A stretch of DNA of 64,000 nucleotides from Camelus dromedarius (GCF_036321535.1 NC_087437.1:102426001-102490000); one strand, 5' to 3'. Shown: positions 1-13,902, numbered from the stretch's first letter. The notes: generated from the sequence alone by a model not told the origin. Made by a program: numbers and translations.

Positions 1-1290
1 TCAGTTTTACCATTGTTCTGCTTATGTGCTTCTTTAAAAACTGACTCTTGGGGTGGATTTTGAAGCTGATTTACACATGTACAAATAACAATCTATGATA
101 ATGGCTCAAGTTCTAGAAGACAGTCAAGAGAGAGGCAGCTTTTAAAAAGTCAAAACGTTAAATTAAATAAATAAACAAACTGGGTTTACGTCGTGTCTAA
201 TATATTGCCAAATGATGGGAAGCTGTTTTGGAGGGGGAAAAGGAGCCAACGCAAAAGTGTCCTGACACCCCTGAAGGGAAGCATTCATCACTTTGCTGCT
301 GTCCAAGGCCACAGAAACCAACTCTTCTGTGGTAGAGACCTTTACAGCAGTCCCCTGTGATACATGGAAATGGGCTTTATGAAAACTTGGGCCAGTTCCC
401 GTTTCTGCTCTTTCAATGACATAAATTATACTTGCTCATGTAATATGCAAGTGAGGCCTGTGCAATCTTTTCTTTATCTAATTGTTCATGCAGAAAAATA
501 TTTATATGATATATGATTATTATTAGCACTTGGTCCCCAATGTTTATTGATGAAAAGAATCTATGTCCAATTTCATGAATATTTCGTTTGTTTGCTTAGC
601 AATTTTATTTCTGCTCCAAAGAGCCCATGATGTTTAAAACAAAGCCTCCTAGTAAATAATCATTCACCAGGTGGAATTATTTGGTTACTTATATGTTAAC
701 CAGTCTTAGATTTTTATGAGTAAAATGATTCTTTCACAGATGCACTGGTAGTATAGTCAGGTGGGGCTTATAGCCCTCCTCACAGGTATTTCTATAGAAC
801 TGAGAAAGGGTTTTTTAAAATTTACTTTGTGACGTGCCTAATATGCATGCATTATGTACGTTGGTCTTTTCATGAAAACTAAAAAGAATACCAATAAATT
901 GATAAATTCTTTATTAAACTGTCTGGATTTTTTCTAAAACCATAAAATAAAAAGTACCCAGAGAGCATCCTTCATTCCAAACTCAGCTTATCTTCTCACA
1001 CACAGTGCTGCTGACCCACGGCAGCCGCAGGCTCACAGCAGACCCGTCCCTGCAGCTCCACACAGAGAACACCTTCCCTAGTCGTCCCCATGAGCGTATC
1101 CCTCCTGGTCCCATCTATGAGGGCAGCGTGATTGCCAGTGCTTCAGATAATGAGGTTTAACTTCAATATCCTCTTAGGCCTCTTATGTTTATAACGGCTC
1201 AGGTTTCCTGAGTGAACTGTAAACGATACTAAGATTAAGATTCTCAAGTAATTTTAGCTGGTTAATGTTTGGCATGGTTAGAAATATTAT

Positions 1291-1676
1291 TGTAATGCTT
1301 TCAGATATAGAAATAAATTTCTAGACCCAAAATGGAGCCACTCCTCCCTGGGGTGCGAGTCAGGGAAACAAAACTTAGATAACTTTTGCGTCCCTGGAAA
1401 TGCTCCACTTGACAAGAAACACAGCATATTCCAATGTCAGCCAGTCCCCAAACGCCAAACCAGCTCTGGGCCTTCTCACTGCAAAGCTGACTGTGTGTCC
1501 TCAGCCAGTTAGATGTTTTCCATTTGTCTCTTCCTTATTCTTTATTCTTTAACCTATAAAAGTTCCCTTTCTTCTGCCTCCTTTTACAGCTCTCTGAAGG
1601 GAGACTATTTGCTTCATGAAATGTTAAATAAAGGTTATTGCATTACCTAAGTTGTCTTCTTTAATTATTTTTAACA
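1291..1676 (+). mobile_element. 5' LTR of an ERV1-class (MER4-group-like) provirus
   Basis: TG...CA termini (tgtaatgc...ttaaca), TATA-like cctataaaa ~1553, AATAAA ~1627, immediately followed by a TGG-starting PBS-like sequence. Confidence 0.75.
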
Positions 1677-1680
1677 GTTT

Positions 1681-1699
1681 TGGCAACAAGAAATGGGAT
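1681..1699 (+). promoter_or_regulatory. Degenerate retroviral primer-binding site
   Basis: tggcaacaagaaatgggat just after the LTR end; too decayed to assign the tRNA (Arg- or Leu-like). Confidence 0.55.
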
Positions 1700-2397
1700 C
1701 GGAAGTTGACTGTTAACACCATGTAGGATGAGAGATGCCGGCAGGGCTCCTGCTGAGCTCTCCTGGTTCAGTGTCCTCACCACCTCTGAGGGCTGGAGGT
1801 AAGTCACTCTTGGATTTGAGTTCCACTCTCTTGCATGCAGCTTGCCAATCCAAATTTTATTTTTAAAATATGAATATATATTCAGAAAGGCTCCGGGGTC
1901 CAGGAAATCTTCCAGGGTAGTTATATTGGGTGTGTGACACAAGTAGGTCAAGATACTTAAGCTTGAGTTAATTCACAGCATTAATTGCTTGGGGACTTAC
2001 AGAAATAAATTAAGACAGGAAATTCCAGATTGACCAATGACACATCAAAATCTAAGTAGGCACAACTCGGACTATTAAAAGCCATTAGGGTCTACCACCA
2101 AAAAGAAATCTCCTCATGAAAGAAACAATAGATATATTGCTAGTGGGAGTTTTGGAAACCAAAGCCATAAAGTTAGTGGGCGTGGCTAGAACACTTAAAA
2201 GCTGTTAGAGCTCTTGCCACCTAAGGCTAGGACCCCCGTGCTAGGATAAGTTGGCCACAGAACCACTAGGTCACACACCAACCTCAAAATTTCCATGCAG
2301 TGAAGTAAACTGTAAAAATCACAAAATCCTCAACCCAGCGGCCTGTCCCTCTTAAATAGTAATTTGGCTCTGAGAGACCCAAGACTTAGCTAAAGAA

Positions 2398-2660
2398 ATG
2401 GGATCCTTGAGTTTCAAGGAGTTGAGTGTGCCACCTCCCAGCATTACCTGCTCATTTTATGTCCAAAAACTGTGGTCCTAGAAGCTATATATCTACAAAA
2501 ATGGCCAAATTTTAACTAAAACAACCTAAACTTACAATGCCCATTATAGGGAGTGTTCCATTTAGACAAGATTTTTCATTTACTAAGTACACTTGAAAGC
2601 AAGGGTGCCCAAATCAACATACAGAACGGGATGCCTATTTTAATTGACACGCAGAAGCCT
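2398..2660 (+). pseudogene. gag: Decayed gag (matrix) relic
   Basis: ATG GGA (Met-Gly) start at 2398; 2532-2570 reads LQCPL*GVFHLDK, resembling the gammaretrovirus-like matrix QWPxxGxF motif; stops and frameshifts present. Confidence 0.6.
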
Positions 2661-2666
2661 TCATTG

Positions 2667-3161
2667 TGTCGACTGAAATAAACGCGCAGCCTAAAAGTTA
2701 AGAGTTATGTTTTATTTGGCGGGAGTACTCGAGGTGGGATGACAGCCTCTCAGATGGCTCTGAGGGACTGCTCCCAAGAAGTAGGGGAGGAGCTAGGATA
2801 TATAGGAGTTTTACAACAAAGACCAGGTAGTTGAAACAATAAAAGATTACTTGTTATCTAAAGACAACCAGGCATCTCAAGTTAAAGAATTTAATGCTTT
2901 TCTATGTATGGGAGGAAGCAAACATTTGGGCTCATTGAATTCATTCCTTTGACAAGCACCTAGCTGTCTAGGGCCGGTATCCTGTCCTTTCTTATTCTGA
3001 GTCCCCTCAGGGTGCACCATTGTGAGTGGCTGCAGAAGCCCGGACTGCAGGCCTGTCCTCACTGCAGGGTGGCGGCAGCTGTTGATGACTTGGTTTCAGC
3101 ATTCTTTGTTTACTGATATGTTTGCAGTATTTTAACTCACATTGCAGTATTTTCGTTCACA
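2667..3161 (-). mobile_element. Solo ERV1 LTR nested in the provirus
   Basis: TG..CA ends, perfect 4-bp TSD ATTG (2663-2666/3162-3165), minus-strand AATAAA ~2711 and TATA ~2800. Confidence 0.9.
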
Positions 3162-3644
3162 ATTGCATAAGGCTAATGAAAATTAGAGGAACAAGAGTTA
3201 CCTAAAACAAAAGATTAAAAGACTGGCATGACTCCTATTACTGCCCTCTATCCTCTGTTACCTTAAAGCTCACAATCTACTAATCTTCTATCCAAATTAC
3301 CTTTCCATCTGAAGAGACCACAACATAAACAAAAGTCCACCAACTTAGTGGCCTTACCATCACAATAGCTCCAAGCCCAGAAACATGAAACACCTGGGCC
3401 TCTTAGGGGTCTGTCATCAAAACACTGGCCCAGAAATCAGTATCTCATTTGTAATCAACTGGAACACTGAAAAAATAAAATTATCCTCCAAGGCTATGTC
3501 AAATCCTAACATACCAACTAGAACATCCCTATAACTACCCCAAATAAGGGCCCCCATATGGACCTCTCCTAGGATTTGCAGTGCTCCTAGAGATTGGTCT
3601 GGTAATCTGGTAAACTGCTACCACTCACACCCTTAAATGCCCAA

Positions 3645-3721
3645 GAGGAAGCTAAAATTAATATTAATAGAAAACTCTGCCAAATTCTGGTAAATCTGAG
3701 GCTACCCTTTCTACTTTAAAT
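3645..3721 (+). pseudogene. pro: Retroviral aspartic protease N-terminal relic
   Basis: EEAKININRKLCQILVN-(frameshift)-ATLSTLN matches the LVD(T/S)GAxxS active-site context. Confidence 0.55.
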
Positions 3722-5071
3722 CACTCCCTCCAGAACATGCAGATAGGATCCTGGAACAACCGGCAGAAGTTGGGGTAGGGTGACAGTTCCTACAAGAGTC
3801 AACTTTCCTGAATCTGTGTCTATAATGCCTAGTCAAGAAAGAAAGATGAAAATCTACTGTCTGTTTTTTCCCCCAAATCCAGACTCTTATGAATATGGGT
3901 TTGGGGTACCCCTTGGTTATCAGTCCTTTCTTGGCTTCTTATTTTTTTCTCATTTTGTGTCCTGAGAACTTGTCCTGGCTTGCTGTCTGCCCTGGATGTG
4001 CAGATTGTTGGTTCTTGCACATACAGGCAGCTTGACCATCAATCAGGTTGTGAGCCCCAAAATACAGTAGGACATCAATTTGTGTTGTACCTCATTTGTG
4101 GTTAGATATAGCCAGACAAAAAATGTTGGTTACACTCCATTTGAAGATAGGGTCCTACTAATTCTTGCCCTCTCTCCAGGGAATTGTCTAAATCTTTCTT
4201 TTGACTACATTTGGGAGTGGTTCTGGATCTTAGGAGGGTAATATCTTTTGTATCCTCTTTGGGGATGCCACTGGCATCCATCAGGTTGTTCAGTACTGCC
4301 AAGAATGTTTGCTATTTGTTCTAGCTGTAACTTGAGAAGATATTTGAAATTTTGTTTTGTCTTGCTTTAAGTAGCCTTATGGTCAAAAGTTGGCTAAGTT
4401 GGAAGCTGGTATTCAAAGCCTGAGTAACATTTTTAGGCCTTCTCCCCTAAACTAAAATGAAACTGTATACCCACAAGGGAAGACAGACATTCCAAAGACA
4501 AACAACTCTAAATCTAGAACAAAGAAATCTCTTAATTTATAATTTAGTTGAAGATCTTCATGATATAAAGTAGCAAATTGAGATAATGTAGTCGGCTGAT
4601 ACCATTCAGGTTACAACCTAATACTTTGAGGAATTAAAAACCACTGTCCGACAAGTTGAGGACCACTTGTACATCTTGTCTTACAAAATGAGTCTTCACA
4701 AGAACAAAAAAGCCCACTTATCCTTTTTACCAATCTCACAACCTCCCTTATTCATTTCAAAAGAATTGTAGATATTGCAAAAGTTCTGAATTTAGGAAAC
4801 AGAATTCCTTCTTGGAGAAAATTGCATTCTTTCTCTGTGCCTTTGAGATGTAAATGTTCGAACTGGTGTTCTCTAGGAACTCAGGGCCATCTCTTTGAAA
4901 TGCAAGCTCCAGGGAGAGAATTGTCAATTAGGAAAAAAAAAATGTCTGAGAGGTTACTTGGAAACTAGGCAAATGAAAAAATTTAAAAATCTTCTCCACA
5001 AATGTTAGTGCAAAGTTTAAGTTACTTGAGCAGGTAACATTAACTTAAAACATCTGCTAGAAACATGGTTG

Positions 5072-5705
5072 TGATGCAGGAAAAACGGATGTGGGGCATA
5101 AGGAGGGCCATGTCCCAGGCTTCGGTTGAGCCCCGGGATGTGCCCTGCCAAGTGTGGGTCCTTGGCTTCGAGCAGGAAAGAATTGAAGTGCAGAGCTACA
5201 GTTGAGTAAAGGTAGATTTATTCACAGAGATACATTAAAAGGCAAGAGAAAGCCACGAGGTGTGGAGGTTGGGTGCTCAGATTAAAAGTAGGTACACACT
5301 CCATTGACAGAGTGTGGGCTGTCTCAGAAGAAGGAGAGAGAGGGCAGCAGCCATCCTGAGGCACCCTGTTGCCTGCTTTTACGGGCTTGGTGGTTTCATA
5401 TGCTACTAAGTGGAAGGACCGGTCTAACTAGCCTGGGGAAAGGGCTGGGATTCCCAGGAAGCTGGCCATTTCCCACTCTTTGACATTTTGTGGTTAGCCT
5501 TGGGACTGTCATGGTACCTGTGGGCGTGTTATTCACCATGCTAATATATTATAATGGGTGTATAATGAAGCTCAAGATCTGGTAGGAGTCAAATCTCCCA
5601 CCATCTTGAGCCTCAGGGCCTACTAGGGGTTGAATCTTCCACCATTTTGATGTTAATTGCTGTATCATTCCTTGAATGACTGTGCCCTGCCCTCTTCCTG
5701 TCTCA
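5072..5705 (-). mobile_element. Solo ERV1 LTR nested in the provirus
   Basis: tgatgcagg...tgtctca ends, 4-bp TSD GTTG/GCTG, minus-strand AATAAA ~5217. Confidence 0.85.
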
Positions 5706-7919
5706 GCTGGATCTAAGTGTTCCTTTATATAAACTGATGAGGTTTTGTATTATCATACCAGTCTCATGTCTACAGTTTTAAAACAAAAGCTATAAGATCT
5801 GTTTGCGTCTGTATACTTATGTATGCCAATGTATGTATGTTACAGATGTGTGGTATTTTTTCTACCTTCAAATGGTATTGCCAAATTTAATTTTAAACAG
5901 CTCTTTTTAATTGGTTTAAAGAAATTCAGGAATTTATAAAATCAGGTATACTCTCCAGAAATATAAAAATTAACCCAGATGTATTTTAAGTTCATGTGAT
6001 TTAGGATAATCTTCAATAAATAAAATCTAGTTTAACTATGTTGTTTTAATTAAAACAAGCATGCCTTTAGAGTTATCAATATTAAATATAATACAGAATT
6101 TCTTTATTTTAATGAGACAAAATCCTAATTGATGGTGAAAGCACCAGTTCAGTATCAATTGCCCCTTTCTCCTGTCATTTTATTCCTAATTTGAGGAAAA
6201 TTATATGATAAAGAGGAGTATTTGTCAAAGAAAGAAGAAAAACATGAGAAGGAAAAAGAAAGAGAAGAAGAAGGGAGGAAGAAGGTATCAGAATAAAAGG
6301 TGAAATAGGCACATTTTGATATATGGGAAACTTTCTACAACCCCCAGAAAGTAGGAAATAATTTTTTTAGGAGGGAGGGGAATTACATCATTTTAAAAAG
6401 ATTAATTTAAAAGAACAATCATTAACGTTGGTTGTATAATTTTAGAAGTAATTATAAAATATGAATTTAATAAAGTAGTAAAAATATGCAATAATAATAA
6501 TCCACTATCTAGAAGGCTAAAAGGGACATGGAGAGAAGTAGGCATTAAAAGAAAAGCAATTAAAATAAAGAAACTGTACAGAGATTACTAAAATGACATA
6601 GTACATATAAAATCTCTATATTAGTCATAGTAGAATGTGCAATATATATAACAAACATTAAAATAGAGGAGAAGACAGATATCAGAGATGTAAAGATTAG
6701 AGATAAAATCATAAAGGAGAAACTGATCTGGGTTAGGACAGAATAAAATGCTTCTTGTTACTGAAAAAGATGTTGAACAAAAAGAAAAGTAAAATGTGTG
6801 TGATGAAGAAAGCCTTAGTGTGCTAAATGAGTGACTTATTTAAACTCAGTCAAGATTAATATCAAGAGAAACATTTCAATTAATTTAGGTAAAATGAATG
6901 CATTTAAATAATTCCAAAAAATCCAAAATTTCCAAAACAGCTAATTAATTTATGTGGAAAGAAGAAAAATGTGTTTGGTTTATCCTCTGTCATACAAAAT
7001 GTCAAAGGACAAAAAGGAAATTGCTATGTTATCGTGAGAGGAAGAGTTTATGATATAAGAATTCAAAACAACTACATTGTTATTCATGTGTGAAGTTAAT
7101 CAAAAGATACTCTTTAGATATTCAAAATTTCCAAAAATATATCATCCACATAAACTTCATGAAAAAAACTTTTTTATTACATATTCCAGTTGACTGAGAA
7201 TAAAAATAAAATGAAGACACAGTATAAAAGGCTGTCAGACAATATAGAAAGCAGTTTTATATAGAGAGAGAGAAAGAAAGAGCATATAATGCATATAAAT
7301 ATATACATAGCATATAAATGACTATATATATTTACAAATGGAAGTCCTAAATACCAGATGTGAATAAAACTTTGAAGCTAATAAACAGGGATATATGAAA
7401 AAAAATACTCTTTGTGAACTTATATAAATAATAGGCAATTATGATTTTATTTTATCATGTAAATATTTAAAGAACCACAGATTTAAGTATACATTTTTAT
7501 AATCTTTATAAAACATTTTTATATATCAAAGTAATACTTGTCAGGTAACAATTCAAATAACCCAAAGTGTATAAAGAAATGGTTATTAATCTTGTCTTCC
7601 AGCCTCATGTATTTTCAAATGCAAAATGTAATCAGTATGTATCTGTCCTTATATTTTCTTCTCATAAATGTGTATAAAAGTAAATAAAAGTGGGAATCTC
7701 AAGAAATTATTGGTAGTCTAATTAGTAGTTCAAAAAAATAGCAAAAGAAATATTTTACTAACATTAATATGTTAGTAAGAATTTCACCACAGAGGAGTCA
7801 TATCCAGGAGTTTCTCCTCAGTAAAGTGATATTGGATCAAGTTTGAAGAATTAAATCTGGCCATACTGATGCTTTCTCTTAATGAGAAAGCCAGATGTTC
7901 CAAGAGGCATTAAAAGATA

Positions 7920-8310
7920 TTATAAACTAAATAAAAATAAAAATGAAACTTACAAAAATTTGTGAGATGCATCAAAGACAATCTTTAGTGAGATATTGAT
8001 AGCACTGAGTTAATATATTAGAAAAGAAGAAAGATCAAAATTCAACACCCTAAGCTTCTATTTTAGAACATATAGAAAGAATAACAATGTAAGCTTAAAG
8101 CATGCTGAAGAAATAAACAACCAAACAAAACAACACAAATTTGAAATTAAAAAGAAAACAAAATACATTACCATTATAAATAGCCTCTCCAAAAAGAAAA
8201 GACTTAAGTGTAAATCTAACAAAATATGTGTAGGACCTATACATGAAAAACTATAAAACTGATGAAGAAAATCAAAGGTCTAACTATGTGGAGAAAATTT
8301 TCCTGTGTGA
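7920..8310 (+). mobile_element. Old L1 ORF2 fragments
   Basis: Decayed matches to the YQNLWDAAKAVLRG and KYLGINLTK..DLY..NYKTL regions of ORF2. Confidence 0.7.
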
Positions 8311-8339
8311 ACATCGGTATATGTTAACATTTCTAAAAG

Positions 8340-9256
8340 CTACTCAATGTCACTAATTATTAGAGAAATGCAAATCAAAACTACAGTGAGTTATATCACC
8401 TCACACTGGTCAGAATGGCCATCATCAAAAAGTCTACAAATTATAAATGTTGGAGAGGGTGTGGAGAAAAAGGAACCTTCCTACACTGTTGATGGGAATG
8501 TAAACTGGTGCAGCCACTTTGGAGAACTATATGAAGGTTCCTTTAAAAAATTAAAATAGAGTTACCATATGATCCAGGAATCCCATTCCTGGGCATATAT
8601 CCAGAGAAAACTCTAATTTGAAAAGACACATGCATTATAATGTTCATAACAGCACTTCTTACAATAGCCAAGACATAGAAGCAACCTACATGTCCAACAA
8701 CAGATAAACGGATAAAGAAAATGTGATATATACACACATATATGGAACACTACTCAGCCATTAAAAAGGAATGAAATAATATCATTTATAGCAACATGTT
8801 TGGACCTGGAGATTACCATACTATGTGAAGTAAGTCAGTCAGAGAAAGACAAATATTATATGATATCACTTAAGTGTGGGATCTAAAAAAAAAAAATGAC
8901 AGAAACGAACTTATTAACAAAACAGAAAGAGATTCCTAGACATAGAAGACAAACTTATGGTTACCAGAGTGAAAGGCTGGAGAGAAGGATAAATTAGGAG
9001 TTTGAGGTTGGCAGACACAAACTACTGTGTACAGAAGAGATAAACAAGGTCCTACTGTACAGCACAGGGAACTATATTCAATGGCTTATAATAAAACCTG
9101 CAATGAAAAAGTATGTGTGTCTATATATATACACACACACACATATATATACACATAAAACTGAATCACTATGCTGTACACCAGAAACTAACACAACATT
9201 ATAATGTTGTAAATCATCTATATTTCAGTTTTTAAAAACATATTAAAAAAAAAAAG
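8340..9256 (+). mobile_element. 5'-truncated L1 (cetartiodactyl-type 3'UTR) with A tail
   Basis: [15 protein letters not shown]2 C-terminus, typical 3'UTR, poly(A). Confidence 0.9.
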
Positions 9257-9269
9257 AAGAAGAAGGGCC

Positions 9270-10015
9270 AGCATAACTACCACTTTTTACATGTAGGCTG
9301 TGTGTAATGACTTCCTTCCAAAGAATACTTTATGAAAGGGAGTGGGGTGTGAATCTTTACAGTAGGCAAACTTGAAAACCACTACATCAACCAGATTGTC
9401 AAGTTTAAACTCCATAGGGTAAGTCATGGGCCCTTGGAGGACACTGGTAGGATGATCAAAGTGAGGAGGAGAAGATGGGATGATGGAAGCCAGCAGTTGG
9501 AATGTGAGGAAGTCATGAGTCAAGGGAAGACAGGCAGCCTCTAGAAGCTAGTAAAACAAAGAAGGGGAACCTCCAAGAGGAACTCACCCTATTGAAACCT
9601 TGAATTTACACCACAGAGACTGATCTCCAAGCTGTGAGATACTACATTTGCCACTAAATAGTAGTTTGTTACAGCAGCAATAGGAACCTAAAGCAGTCAT
9701 TAAACACAAGGAAATTCTGAGACACTGACACAGACAAGCGAAGGCCAAGGAGATAGGCTTACTAAATTTAATGTGGTATTCTATTGCAATTCTGGAACAG
9801 GAAAAAAAAAGACATTAGATAAAGCTAAGGAAATCTGAACAAAATATGAATTTTAATAATTAATGATAATCAATATTTTTAAAATCTTAATAATTTATCA
9901 TACTAATTTAAGATGTTAATAAGGGTAAATTGGATGTGCAGTATATGAGAACTCACAGTATTATCTTTATGGTTTTCTATAAATTTAAAATTCCTTTAAA
10001 ATAAAATGTTTATAA
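9270..10015 (+). mobile_element. L1MC/MD-type 3'UTR interrupted by an MLT1 fragment
   Basis: gacttccttccaaaga...; terminal aaaataaaatgttt. Confidence 0.65.
9465..9694 (+). mobile_element. MLT1 (MaLR) LTR 3' part
   Basis: ggcagcctctagaagct...tttgttacagcagcaataggaac end motif. Confidence 0.75.
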
Positions 10016-10442
10016 AAATTAAATGGAGTTATGCTAAAACAATAGACTCTGATGAATAGGTCTAACTCAGAAAAGACTAAATGAGCATAATATGGTTAGC
10101 ACAATTGAAACTGAACTAAAAATAAAAGTTCACAATCCAAGTTGGGTATTAGTAACGTTGTTGTCAAAACTGAGAAACTGTCAACATGCAAAAAAGCATG
10201 AGTTTTTTAAAATTATGGGATAGGAGTCAAGATATGATGGTTATAAAATGGAGAACTTTTTCAACTGAAGAAAAACCAGAAAAATATCATTATTTTTCAT
10301 AGGCAAAGACATTAAATGCATGAAAAGAAATGTTCCAGCACTTGGAATTTATTGGAGGGTGAAAAATTGATATATAAATACATATTTAGAAAATGAGATT
10401 AATCATAACATTAAATATCAAAAGTATACCTCATGAGTAATC

Positions 10443-10862
10443 TTTATTTTTTTTATTGTTTTAAATTTTATTTATTGTGGTAAGAACATTTAACAGGAGA
10501 TCCACCCTTTAATAAATGTTTAAGTGTACAATGCAGTCTTGACTATAGGTACAATGTTATATACCCAAGAACCAGAACTTACTCATCTTGCAAGCTGAAA
10601 CTTTATGCCCATTGATTTGTTACTCCTCATTTCTACCTCCCCCTGGCCTCTGAAAACCACCATTCTACTCTTCAATTCTATAAATTTGACTATTTTAGAT
10701 ACTGCGTGTAAGTTTAATCATTCAGTTTTTCTCTTTCTGTCACTGGCTTATTTACTTTAGTATCATGTCCTCAAACTTTATGTATGTTGTGGCATATTGC
10801 AGAATTTTATTTTTAAGGCTGAATAATACTCCATTGTATGTATATACTGCATTTTTTTAATC
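10443..10862 (-). mobile_element. L1MA8/9-like 3' end
   Basis: T-rich start, then gtaagaacatttaacaggagatccaccc...ggctgaataatactccattgt. Confidence 0.8.
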
Positions 10863-11230
10863 CAAAACAATCTTATATACATCTCTTAATTAAAAACTAA
10901 GATAAAGTATGTTATTTTTAAAAATAAAAATGTCTAATATTTACTGGAAAATTAGACAAATGCTCATAGATTGAACATTTTAAAATCTGGTAAAGAATTA
11001 GCCTGAAGAAACTTTTCAGCCTCAGAAGCTTTTATGGGGAGAGTCATTTCAAACATTCATGGAATAGATACATTATAGACATTGTTCCTGAACAAAAATG
11101 GAAATTGTCTAAGTTCACTTTGAAGCCAGAAAAATCCTGACAATCAAACCTAAAAGAGATTAACTCTAAAAAATAAAAATCAACAGACTACTGAACTATT
11201 TTCTCTCATGAGAATGGCTACTATAATATT

Positions 11231-11790
11231 TGTGATAGGTAGAATTTTAAGATGGCTCCCAAAATTTCTGCCCTCCTGATACACACACCATGCATAATTC
11301 CCAAGACTGTTATAATAAACAGTAGTGTCATGATCACGTTCTGTTACATGGTGCAATGGACTTTGAAAAGGAAAATATCCAATACCTGACCTAATCAAAA
11401 GAGTTTTTTAAAGCAAGTATTAGAAAAAGAAGTCATAGATTTGAAGTGTGGGAAGGATTTGACTGATCGAAAATGGGCAGGGTGAACATAGTAATAAATT
11501 CAAGTGGCCTCTAGAATCTAAGAAAAGCTACCAGCTTACAATCAGCTGAGAAACAGGGACCTTAGTCTTAAAACTGCAAGAAAACAAATTTAGCCAACAA
11601 AAAGAATGAACATGGAAGAGAAATTTTCCCCAGAGCCCCCAGATGAGACCTGAGTTCAGCCAACATCTTGATATCAGCCTTGTGGTACCCTGAATGGAGA
11701 AGAAAGTAATGCTGTGCAGGAGTTAACCTGTGGATTAACTAAAGCTACTAAATGTGTGGTAATTTGGTACATTGCAATAGAAAGCTATTA
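11231..11790 (+). mobile_element. MLT1E/F-like MaLR LTR
   Basis: tgtgataggtagaattttaagatggctccc start; gtggtaatttggtacattgcaatagaaa end. Confidence 0.8.
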
Positions 11791-13564
11791 TTAAAATTGA
11801 TTTACTCCTTTTCTGTTTAAAAATCTGCCTTCATAAATGATATATCTACATGTTTGTCAGTTATTTATAGATTACACTGACAAAATTATTAAGAATAAAG
11901 ATTTTAATACTATAATTAATGAGCTTTAAATACTTAACATTGATATAAAACGTAGGATATTTGCAAAGTTGATCATGTATTAGCCATATAGTAAATAACA
12001 ACAAATGTCACAATGTGTCATAAACATCAATCAGGTCCTTTGGTCCCAATGTAATTAAGTAAGAATACAATAAAAAATTAGTAAGTAAAATCTTCACACA
12101 AAGACAAAATTAAAAAAAAAATTCTAAGTAACTCATGGGATAAATAATGAAATATTAGGAGGAATTTTAGTATGTAAAAGTTTAGATAAGAAGAAGCATT
12201 GAATAATTGATGGAGTTGTATGTGGAAATGAGGTAGGAAGAAAACTTGGATGGTATGGAACCCAAATGAGAAAGTGTGACAACTGATGTTCAATCTTAGA
12301 AATATTTTTCACTGTATAATGTCATCAACATCCTTATCATACTTTTTTACAACCTGAAAAAAAAATACTAATTTATGTTGTGATTGCTTTTGTTCAAATA
12401 GGTCCCTAAGTCATCTTGGTTTTTGTGTTTTTGTTTTCTCAGAAGTTAACATATGTTTTTAACAGGAAATTTGGAGCCCTCTGTTGTAAATGGCCATTTC
12501 TGGCTTATCTGCTGGCATATACATACTGCACATATGTATAGAATATATAATATATTCTCTCTGAAGCATTATTGCTCCTAGGGATCTTTATGATCAATTC
12601 AGAATGGTTATTTGGACCCAAGAAAATATATTACGATTATAAGCAATCTCAAGTATTTACTTGAAGTCCTTTATGTCCTTTACTATCACATTTCCATTTC
12701 TAACTCATTGGATCCATGTCCTTTTGAGCCAGAATTGACCTAATAGTTACCATCAAGAATGTTTCTTCAAGCTTGAATTCCATTTATGCCCAGAGTTTTG
12801 TTCACAGCTGTTTGTTTTGGATCAGATGATGGGCTTTGATATTCTGGGATAATTAATTTTCATTATATAAGATCTACATGAATAGTTTCTTTTCCTTATT
12901 TTATTGCATCAAATATTTTTAATCTCCTACTCTTTCAAATGTTTAGTTCATTTGTTTGGGATTTCAAGGAAAATAATCAGAAGTTAAGTATTTACAGAGG
13001 TATACTTTTGGCTATAAGGAGCTTAATAATAAGTACCTGTTTTTCTTATGTTCACCTTTTAGAAGAGCTTTTATGTCCTTGAAATGAATGATAAAACTTA
13101 GCCTTAAATTATTCTTGGAATAACAGCTCTTGAAAATTCACTAAAATGTGTCTTATATGCCTCTTACCAGCAGGTTGCCCAAACAATCTCTGACCCTTAA
13201 AGCCAAGTCAGATAATTCATATGTCACCCAGAGTAGCCCAATAAAGGGACAAAAGATTGGGGATGGTTCTGAATAAATGCCTGTGACTCCACTTTTCTCT
13301 CCCCTTCTTAATTTCCTATTTATTTGTGTATGTTCTCTTTTCCTGCACTTAGTCTTCAAGCATTATGTCTGATCTCGGTTTTATTTTATTTCAGTCCTTG
13401 AAAACACTCTTATCATTTTAGACCTTAGCAACTGTGCATATTTTCAGTTTTGATTGCTTTATTTAGTCATCCAAGTATTTATCAAGCACTACAATATATT
13501 AAAAATTATAAAAAAGGCACCACTTCAGTCTTATGTTTTGTCAAGAAAAGGCTCGTGTAAGTGC

Positions 13565-13569
<5 letters not shown>

Positions 13570-13608
<39 letters not shown>
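13570..13608. repeat. (CA)n microsatellite
   Basis: About 19 perfect CA units. Confidence 0.95.
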
Positions 13609-13610
<2 letters not shown>

Positions 13611-13650
13611 CCTGAGGGTAAGGAAGAAGGAACCATAAAAACTTAAAATA

Positions 13651-13858
13651 CAGTTATCCATCTGTATCTGTAGGGGAATGATTCCACGACCTGCCACATA
13701 TACCAACATCCGTGGCAGATACTAAAGTTCCCTAGTTGATGTGGTCCCACATGTGTGAATTCAACCAACTGCAGATCATGTAGTATGTATTTATTGAAAA
13801 ATAATCCATGTATGAGTGGACCCACAGAGTTAAACCCATATCGTTCAGGAGTCCACTA
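13651..13858 (+). mobile_element. MER8/Tigger2-like non-autonomous DNA transposon
   Basis: cagtt...cacta termini with TA TSDs; gtggacccacagagttaaacccatatcgttcagg end motif. Confidence 0.8.
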
Positions 13859-13902
13859 TAATACATAGCTTTTAAATAATGTTGCTGGCCAGACGTTCTA
13901 CG

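Larger units (their letters stand above)
1677..6100 (+). mobile_element. ERV1-class internal region, non-coding and 3'-truncated (no 3' LTR seen)
   Basis: Leader with splice donor aggtaagt (~1797), gag and pro relics, then AT-rich MER4-int-like sequence; interrupted by two solo LTRs. Confidence 0.7.

Noticed and set aside
7755..7778. 10-bp perfect hairpin ttactaacat-taat-atgttagtaa
   Set aside because: Short and AT-rich; plausible by chance or a trivial template switch
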